Shown here one piece after another: positions 58,607 to 64,000 of a stretch of DNA of 64,000 nt. The notes under the pieces were generated by a model, which searched no databases, was not told the origin of the DNA, and saw nothing but the letters and a program-made list of their open reading frames with translations. How positions within the stretch are numbered: position 1 is the stretch's first letter; every line of letters begins with the position of its first letter. The position numbers and the translations under genes are program-made. This DNA comes from Candidatus Aenigmatarchaeota archaeon (GTDB lineage: Archaea; Aenigmatarchaeota; Aenigmatarchaeia; QMZP01; QMZT01): the NCBI GenBank assembly GCA_963726265.1, contig CAVSBQ010000002.1, forward strand, positions 384,001-448,000, in the 5' to 3' direction.

Positions 58607-59020
58607 ATGGTGCCAATGACGATAAAGCTGACCACCGAGGACGTGCGCGTCGTGGGAACCTTCGAGAGGCTTGTTGGCGTGCACGTAAGGGACTGCCTCA
58701 TGGACGAGGACACGGTTTACTTCCTCGTAGAGCCGGGCAACATGGGAAAGGCCATAGGCAGGAACGGCAGCCACATAAGAAGCATATCCAGTGCGCTGGG
58801 CAGGAAGGTCAAGATATTCGAATACGCGGACACTCCGGAAAAGCTTGCGCGCAGCCTCATACCGAACATTGGCTCGTTCGAGCTCAGCAACGAAGTGATA
58901 ACGATCACAGTGCCTGTATCCGACAGGTCCGCCGTAATAGGCAAGGGCGGCAAGAACATAAAGATGGTGAGGCAATTCCTCAGCAGGCACTTCAATATAA
59001 AGAATTTAAGGCTGAAATAA
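58607..59020 (+). CDS. nusA: Archaeal NusA (two KH domains)
   Basis: AIGRNG and VIGKGG KH loops; canonical position after eL30. Confidence 0.92.
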   Translation: MVPMTIKLTTEDVRVVGTFERLVGVHVRDCLMDEDTVYFLVEPGNMGKAIGRNGSHIRSISSALGRKVKIFEYADTPEKLARSLIPNIGSFELSNEVITITVPVSDRSAVIGKGGKNIKMVRQFLSRHFNIKNLRLK

Positions 59021-59054
59021 TATAAGATGATAATTCAAACTGGTGTTGATTGAT

Positions 59055-59483
59055 ATGGCAGGAACATTTGCGGCAAGGAACCTGAAGAGAAGAAGGAAAA
59101 GGTTCAAATGGATGTCTGACAAGAAGAAGAGGAAGCTGCTCAAGCTCTGGAAGAAAGGTCCTTTAAAAGGCGCGCCGATGGGCAAGGCCCTCGTGCTCAA
59201 GAAGAAGGGCATAGAGCAGAAGCAGCCGCACTCGGGCATAATAAAGGCTGTCAGATGCCAGCTCATCAAGAACGGCATACAGGTCACTGCATTCGTCCCC
59301 AGGACCGGGGCCATAAAGCACATAGACGAGCACGACGAAGTCCTTATCCAGGGTCTCGGCGCTTCGCAGGGAGGAGCGGTCGGCTCCATGCACGGCGTGA
59401 AGTTCAAGGTCGTTTCAGTCAACGGCGTCGCGCTGGCCGAAATCCTCAAAGGCAAGAAAGAGAAGGCCAAAGGGAGCGGATGA
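59055..59483 (+). CDS. rps12: Ribosomal protein uS12 (divergent)
   Basis: PLKGAPMG, QLIKNG, VTAFVP, IDEHDEV; position before uS7. Confidence 0.93.
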   Translation: MAGTFAARNLKRRRKRFKWMSDKKKRKLLKLWKKGPLKGAPMGKALVLKKKGIEQKQPHSGIIKAVRCQLIKNGIQVTAFVPRTGAIKHIDEHDEVLIQGLGASQGGAVGSMHGVKFKVVSVNGVALAEILKGKKEKAKGSG

Positions 59484-59486
59484 TAA

Positions 59487-60083
59487 ATGGCTGTTCTTCT
59501 TTTCAATAGGTGGGACTTCTCGAACGTCGAGTCCAGGGACCCCGGCCTCAAGAAATACATTAACCTGAGACCTGTGATAGTGCCGAAAACATGCGGCAGG
59601 TATGGCACGGTTTCGATACACAAGGCCAAGATGTGCATAGTCGAGAGGTTCATAACCAAGCTTTTCGTGCCGGGCCACAGGGGCAAGAAGCACAAGCTGA
59701 CATCAGGCCACGTCGTCGGCAATTACCAGAGGATTTTCGGCGCCTTGGTCGAGGCTTTCGATATCATAGACAAGAAAACCAAGAAAAACCCGATCCAGGT
59801 GCTTGTTGACGCCATAGAGAACGGCGCGCTCTACGAGGAGGTCATGGGTTACAGGATGGGAGGCATGATCGCGCGAAAGGCGGTAGTCGTCGCGCCACAA
59901 AGGCGACTGGACATATCGCTCAGGCTGATAGCCCAGAACATTTTTTCAAAATCATTCCATAGCAAGAAAACGTTCCCGCATGTCATTGCGGACGAGCTTA
60001 TCGAAATCGCCAGCAACGACCAGAGGAACAACGTCATCCGCGAGAGGCAGAGGATAGAGAAGGAAGCGGAAGGTGCCAGGTAA
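59487..60083 (+). CDS. rps7: Ribosomal protein uS7
   Basis: LFNRWD, IVERF, NPIQVLVDAIEN, PQRRLD. Confidence 0.93.
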   Translation: MAVLLFNRWDFSNVESRDPGLKKYINLRPVIVPKTCGRYGTVSIHKAKMCIVERFITKLFVPGHRGKKHKLTSGHVVGNYQRIFGALVEAFDIIDKKTKKNPIQVLVDAIENGALYEEVMGYRMGGMIARKAVVVAPQRRLDISLRLIAQNIFSKSFHSKKTFPHVIADELIEIASNDQRNNVIRERQRIEKEAEGAR

Positions 60084-60148
60084 GCGGGGACGCTGTAAAA
60101 TTTATATGTGCTTATGCACAAAGTGAAGAAATTACGGACAGGTGTCAT

Positions 60149-62329
60149 ATGGCAACCAAAGACGTGACCTTGGTCATCAAGGAACTGATGAGAAAGCCGG
60201 AGCAGATACGCAACATTGGCATCGTTGCCCACATAGACCACGGCAAGACTACGTTCTCCGATAATCTTCTCGCCGGAGCGGGCATGATCTCGCAGGACCT
60301 GGCCGGAAAGCAACTCGCGATGGACTTCGACGAGCAGGAGCAGGAACGCGGCATCACCATATTCGCCGCGAACGTGAGCATGGTCCACGAGATTGGCAAT
60401 CAGAACTACCTGATCAACCTCATAGACACGCCGGGTCACGTCGACTTCGGCGGCGACGTAACGAGGGCGATGCGCGCTGTGGACGGAGTCGTAATACTCA
60501 TAGACGCGGTCGAGGCAGTCATGCCCCAGACCGAAACGGTCATACGCCAGGCGCTTAAGGAGCGCGTAAAACCCGTCCTTTTCATAAACAAGGTCGACCG
60601 CCTCATAAAAGAACTGAAACTCACGCCGGAGGAGATGCAGGAGAGGTTCAAAAAAATCATAACCGACGTGAACATCCTCATGCAAAAATATGCGGAAAGG
60701 GAATTCGCGGAAAGGTGCATTGTCAGCGTCAACGACGGCAGCGTGGCCTTCGGCTCGGCGGTCAAGAACTGGGCGATTTCTGTTTCTTACATGATGAAGA
60801 GCAAGCTGACCTTCAAGGATATCATAGACTACACGAACATGGGCGAGCAGGGCGAGAAAGAGCTCGCGAAACGCGCGCCGCTCCACACCATAGTCCTTGA
60901 CATGATAATAAAGCACCTGCCGAACCCGCTTGTTGCCCAGAAATACCGCATTGCAAAGATATGGCCGGGCGATAAGGATTCGGAGGTCGCCAGAGACATG
61001 GCTTCATGCAACCCGAACGGAAAGCTTGCTGCGGTCGTTACGAAGCTTTACCCTGACCCGCACGCCGGCTACGTCGCAACTGTCCGCATATTCTCAGGCA
61101 AGATGAAAACCGGCCAGGAGGTTTATCTGGTAGGGACCGGCAAGAGCCAGAAAATACAGCAGGTGTCCGTTTACAAGGGGGCGCAAAGGGTGACGATGGA
61201 AGAAGTCGATGCCGGCAACATCGTAGGCATAGTCGGCCTTAAGGAATCTTACTCCGGCGAGACCTTATGCGACCCGGATAACATCATCCCCGGCTTCGAG
61301 TCCATAACCCACATTTTCGAGCCTGTCGTGGTCAAGGCGATAGAGCCGAAGAAGCCGCAGCAGCTCGCGAAGCTTATAGACTTCCTCAGAAAGGTCGGCA
61401 AGGAAGATCCTACCCTGAGGATAAAGATAAACGAGGAGACGGGGGAATATCTCGTTTCAGGTCTCGGCGAACTGCACATTGACGCGAAGATAGAGCGCCC
61501 GCTAAAGGACGCGGAAATAGAAGTCGATGTCTCGCCTCCGATTGTGATTTACAGGGAATCCGTGAGAAGCGCAAGTCCGCAGGCCGTCGAAGGCAAATCG
61601 CCGAACAAGCACAACAGGTTCTACATAATCGCCGAGCCGCTTGACCCGAAAATACACGAGGCCATGGTCAGGGGCGATATCCCGTCAACGATGGAGCTGA
61701 AGAAAAAGGAAGTGGAGCTCCAGGACAAGCTCACGAACCTCGGCTTCGACAGGGACGAAGCAAAGAAGGTGAAGCTCATACACAACCGCAACATGTTCGT
61801 TGACGCGACGCGCGGGGTGCATGCGATACTTGAAGTCATGGAAATGCTGAAGGAGTCGTTCGTCGAGGCGATGGACGAGGGGCCGCTTGCAAGGGAGCCG
61901 TGCGACGGGGTGAAAATAAAGCTGATTGACGCGAAGCTCCACGAGGACGCGATACACAGGGGCCCTGCGCAGGTCATTCCCGCCGTCCGCGCGGCCGTAA
62001 GGGACGCGATGATTGCCGCAAAGGCATTTATCCTTGAACCCAAGCAGGTGATAAGGATAGACGTCCCGACAGAACAGATGAGCGGCGCGATGAAGGAAGT
62101 CCAGAACAGGAGGGGCCAGATCCTGGAAATAAGCGAGGAACGAGGAACAACAACGATAACCGCGAAACTCCCGGTCGCTGAGATGTTCGGCTTCAACTCG
62201 GCGCTGAAATCGTCCACAGGAGGCAAGGGCTTCTACTGGCTGATAGACGTTACCTATGAGCCGATGCCAAGGGAGCTTGAACCAAGGATCGTCGGCCAGA
62301 TAAGGCAAAGGAAAGGCATAAACGAATAA
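60149..62329 (+). CDS. fusA: Elongation factor EF-2
   Basis: AHIDHGKT, DTPGHVDF, NKVD, HEDAIHRG diphthamide loop. Confidence 0.97.
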   Translation: MATKDVTLVIKELMRKPEQIRNIGIVAHIDHGKTTFSDNLLAGAGMISQDLAGKQLAMDFDEQEQERGITIFAANVSMVHEIGNQNYLINLIDTPGHVDFGGDVTRAMRAVDGVVILIDAVEAVMPQTETVIRQALKERVKPVLFINKVDRLIKELKLTPEEMQERFKKIITDVNILMQKYAEREFAERCIVSVNDGSVAFGSAVKNWAISVSYMMKSKLTFKDIIDYTNMGEQGEKELAKRAPLHTIVLDMIIKHLPNPLVAQKYRIAKIWPGDKDSEVARDMASCNPNGKLAAVVTKLYPDPHAGYVATVRIFSGKMKTGQEVYLVGTGKSQKIQQVSVYKGAQRVTMEEVDAGNIVGIVGLKESYSGETLCDPDNIIPGFESITHIFEPVVVKAIEPKKPQQLAKLIDFLRKVGKEDPTLRIKINEETGEYLVSGLGELHIDAKIERPLKDAEIEVDVSPPIVIYRESVRSASPQAVEGKSPNKHNRFYIIAEPLDPKIHEAMVRGDIPSTMELKKKEVELQDKLTNLGFDRDEAKKVKLIHNRNMFVDATRGVHAILEVMEMLKESFVEAMDEGPLAREPCDGVKIKLIDAKLHEDAIHRGPAQVIPAVRAAVRDAMIAAKAFILEPKQVIRIDVPTEQMSGAMKEVQNRRGQILEISEERGTTTITAKLPVAEMFGFNSALKSSTGGKGFYWLIDVTYEPMPRELEPRIVGQIRQRKGINE

Positions 62330-62436
62330 GCCACCTTTCTCCAACCATTCTTTTTTAATATATCATTTACAAAATAATCTGTATCTAGCAAGTCGACAGC
62401 TTGGATTCACAATATAAGCTGTCCTTCGCATAACAC

Positions 62437-62576
62437 GGGGTCGTGGTGTAGCTAAGCCCTTTCACGGCAGCTTTCGCTTGCACGAAAGCGCTTGCGGAAA
62501 ACGTGAACGGCTCTGCAATGGTTCAGCATTCAGGCTTCGGGAGCCTGCGACCTGAGTTCGAATCTCAGCGACCCCA
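62437..62576 (+). tRNA. tRNA-Pro(CGG) with 65-nt D-loop intron at 17/17a (62454-62518)
   Basis: GGGGTCG TG GTGTAGCT|TGGTTCAGCAT T CAGGC TT CGG GA GCCTG...CGACCCC A; BHB helix GTAG/CTGC, inner helix AGCC/GGCT. Confidence 0.92.
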
Positions 62577-62618
62577 TAAACCCTTTTTGATTTATATTTT
62601 GCATGGAGAATAATTATT

Positions 62619-63452
62619 ATGCTTGATTATGTTTTTCTGGCCATCGGGCTTGCCGGTTTCGGCCTTGCCGCATACTGGGACCTGAGATATACTGAATTCC
62701 CTGACTGGCTCCCGTATTCGATGATAATGCTTACGATTGCAACCAAGGCTGCTGCGTCCTTTCTTGCGGATGACTGGTGGATATTGCTGAACTCATTTCT
62801 TGTCGGCACCCTCTTCCTGGGCCTCGGGCTTCTGCTCTACTTCTCAAGGCAGTGGGGTGACGGCGACGCGTGGCTTATGGGAGCCATGGGTTTCCTGCTG
62901 CCCGCCCAGATGGGCTTCGGCACACAGACCGTGCTGCCTTTCCCCATGGGCGTCCTTTTCAATTTCCTGCTGATTTCGCTTGTTTATCTGATAGCCTATT
63001 CCGTTTTTCTGGGCCTGAAAAACAGAAGCATCAACAAAAAATATGCAGATGTATTGAGGGATGAAAAATACAAGCTAATTGGCATGAGCGCGTTTTTCTT
63101 TGCCTTCTCATGGGGCTTCGCCTTCTTCATGGATTCCCTCTATTTCAGCGACGTGAACATAATGCAGATGTTTTTACTCCCCTTCCTCCTGACATTCATC
63201 CTTTTCTTCTCCTATTACGCGAAAACCGTGGAAAAGAACCTTTTCAAGAGGAAAATAAGGACTTCCGAGCTGAGGGAAGGCGACGTTATCCTGGACGGGA
63301 GATGGAAAGGCGTGACCAAAAGGGATATTGCCATGTTGAAGAGGAAAACCAAGCACGTGTGGATAAAGGAAGGCGTGAGATTCGCTCCCGTATTCGTAAT
63401 TACCATGCTGATAAGCATTTTTTACGGAGATTTGTTGTTTTTATTGGTTTAG
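62619..63452 (+). CDS. A24 family prepilin/preflagellin peptidase
   Basis: YWDL and WGDGD catalytic Asp motifs, multiple TMs, RFAP. Confidence 0.88.
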   Translation: MLDYVFLAIGLAGFGLAAYWDLRYTEFPDWLPYSMIMLTIATKAAASFLADDWWILLNSFLVGTLFLGLGLLLYFSRQWGDGDAWLMGAMGFLLPAQMGFGTQTVLPFPMGVLFNFLLISLVYLIAYSVFLGLKNRSINKKYADVLRDEKYKLIGMSAFFFAFSWGFAFFMDSLYFSDVNIMQMFLLPFLLTFILFFSYYAKTVEKNLFKRKIRTSELREGDVILDGRWKGVTKRDIAMLKRKTKHVWIKEGVRFAPVFVITMLISIFYGDLLFLLV

Positions 63453-63687
63453 AATGCTTATTTTTTGTTTATAACGATTTTTTATGCTTTTGGAACGTTA
63501 AAAATATGTTTTTAGGTTATATGGAACGATAAGAAGTATTTTATCCATGTGTTCGTATTGTTTCGAAACCGTTTCAGACAACTTATATATACCCAGTTCG
63601 GACAACTATACATCAAGACTTCGAACCTGTCATGCCTAGCGATAGGCATTCAAAAAAGGTTTGATGTTTAAAAATAGGAGGAAAAAT

Positions 63688-64000
63688 ATGAAAATAAAGA
63701 GATTAATTGCAGGAGGTTTAGCGACACTAGCAATAGGAGCTACATTAGTTGCAGGAGGTTTAGCAGCAACGACTTTTGACAAGGGAATGGGCGAGTTCGT
63801 CACCATAAGCGGCGGTGCCCTCACGTCTCCGGTAATAGTTGTCGGAGCCGGCGTGGACACGACCGACGTTCTTGGTGCAGCGGACATAGCAGCGAGCTTG
63901 GTATCAAACTACGCTGTGACAGCAAAGACCGTCCCTTCGGCAGGAGCAGCAACAGGAGTTACCAACGGAGTATTGGTTGACAGCAGCCTTAACAGGACAT
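63688..64000 (+). CDS. S-layer protein, N-terminal part (3' truncated)
   Basis: AGGAGG RBS; MKIKRLIAGGLATLAIGATL signal; IVVG...DVLGAADIAA motif of Methanococcus/Thermococcus-type S-layers. Confidence 0.8.
   Translation, partial: MKIKRLIAGGLATLAIGATLVAGGLAATTFDKGMGEFVTISGGALTSPVIVVGAGVDTTDVLGAADIAASLVSNYAVTAKTVPSAGAATGVTNGVLVDSSLNRT

Noticed and set aside
63636..63887. 83-aa minus-strand ORF
   Set aside because: Antisense shadow of the S-layer gene starting at 63688

Overview
A 64 kb chromosomal window from an archaeon, most likely DPANN (Aenigmarchaeota-like; inferred from gene content, archaeal ribosomal proteins, TATA promoters and protein style). 1-23.5 kb is a surface-protein island: LamG, NosD-like beta-helix and cadherin/Ig-like adhesins, a paralogous pilin-like plus chaperone-like gene set, an MNT-HEPN toxin-antitoxin pair and a MoxR-DUF58-VWA triad. 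23.6-50.8 kb is mostly housekeeping (radB, topA, RPA14, PCNA, ahcY, ArsA/Get3 with an EMC6-like neighbour, Cbf5, eS1, RecJ-like DHH, metG, ychF, dph5). 50.9-62.3 kb is a rearranged ribosomal superoperon ending in EF-2, followed by a prepilin peptidase and the start of an S-layer gene. Highlights: (1) an AT-rich two-motif LAGLIDADG endonuclease gene embedded in the 5' end of the initiator tRNA-Met gene, with three copies of the tRNA 5' strand and a bulge-helix-bulge (BHB) intron at position 7/8; (2) all six tRNAs found carry introns (seven introns, six positions); (3) a ~190 bp direct repeat containing a tiny bS22/mS38-like gene plus a promoter, delimiting variable cargo genes just downstream of tRNA-Thr; (4) a candidate donor-strand-type surface filament system; (5) substitutions in normally invariant uS12 decoding motifs. 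Several single-base frameshifts probably reflect sequencing error. All assignments are by eye; no searches were run.
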